Source: Candidatus Bathyarchaeia archaeon
GTDB taxonomy: Archaea > Thermoproteota > Bathyarchaeia > Bathyarchaeales > Bathycorpusculaceae
Length of the DNA stretch: 57,195 nucleotides
Reading direction: 5' to 3'
Assembly: GCA_050012755.1 (NCBI GenBank)
Contig: JBEKGO010000009.1
Coordinates: 1-57,195 of the forward strand
Made by a program: the position numbers and the translations under genes. Below, piece by piece: positions 57,051 to 57,195 of the stretch; position 1 is the stretch's first letter; every line of letters starts with the position of its first letter. The notes under the pieces are model-generated. The model was not told where the DNA came from. It made no database searches and was given only the letters and a program-made list of their open reading frames with translations.

Positions 57051-57195
57051 TATTAACCCAATTCTCGGACTAAAATAAAAACCTGATTGAAACTAATGTT
57101 TCATAATCAAAACAGAATGCAGAATCTAAATTAAAAAATAGAAGAAGAAAAGAAAATTTATGATTGGCATTTTTCTATGAGGTACTTTGGTATCT

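Overview
A 57-kb piece of an archaeal chromosome. It is most likely Bathyarchaeia/TACK, inferred from gene content: S8e, SRP19, thermosome, Topo VI, SMC-ScpAB, an Ftr homolog and a tRNA intron at position 29/30. Most of the window is housekeeping. It holds the eno-rps2-memo block, a single-operon modified (anhydromevalonate) mevalonate/isoprenoid pathway followed by gltX and srp19, smc-scpA-scpB, aIF5B, thermosome, thiL, trmY, cgi121, ABCE1, top6B/A, and two convergent purine operons. The strongest lead is in the purine operons. They encode steps 1, 2, 4 and 5 (purF, purD, purS/L/Q, purM) but no PurN/PurT for step 3. Directly after purD lies a translationally coupled HAD-phosphatase / Ftr-like formyltransferase / PfkB-kinase trio (EhaR/S/T-like), a candidate unrecognised GAR-formylation module. 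Other leads are a pilin-linked cluster with two roadblock proteins (one fused to a double-psi barrel), a tRNA-Thr(CGU) with a rewired D/T-loop elbow, a DNA-damage-box-preceded inactive RadA cassette lacking PolB2, ORB-like repeats, a candidate C/D sRNA, an orphan RnfD, a kinetoplastid-like mevalonate kinase, and many microproteins missed by the ORF track. No CRISPR array, transposase or rRNA was seen. All family calls come from recognising motifs by eye; no searches were run.
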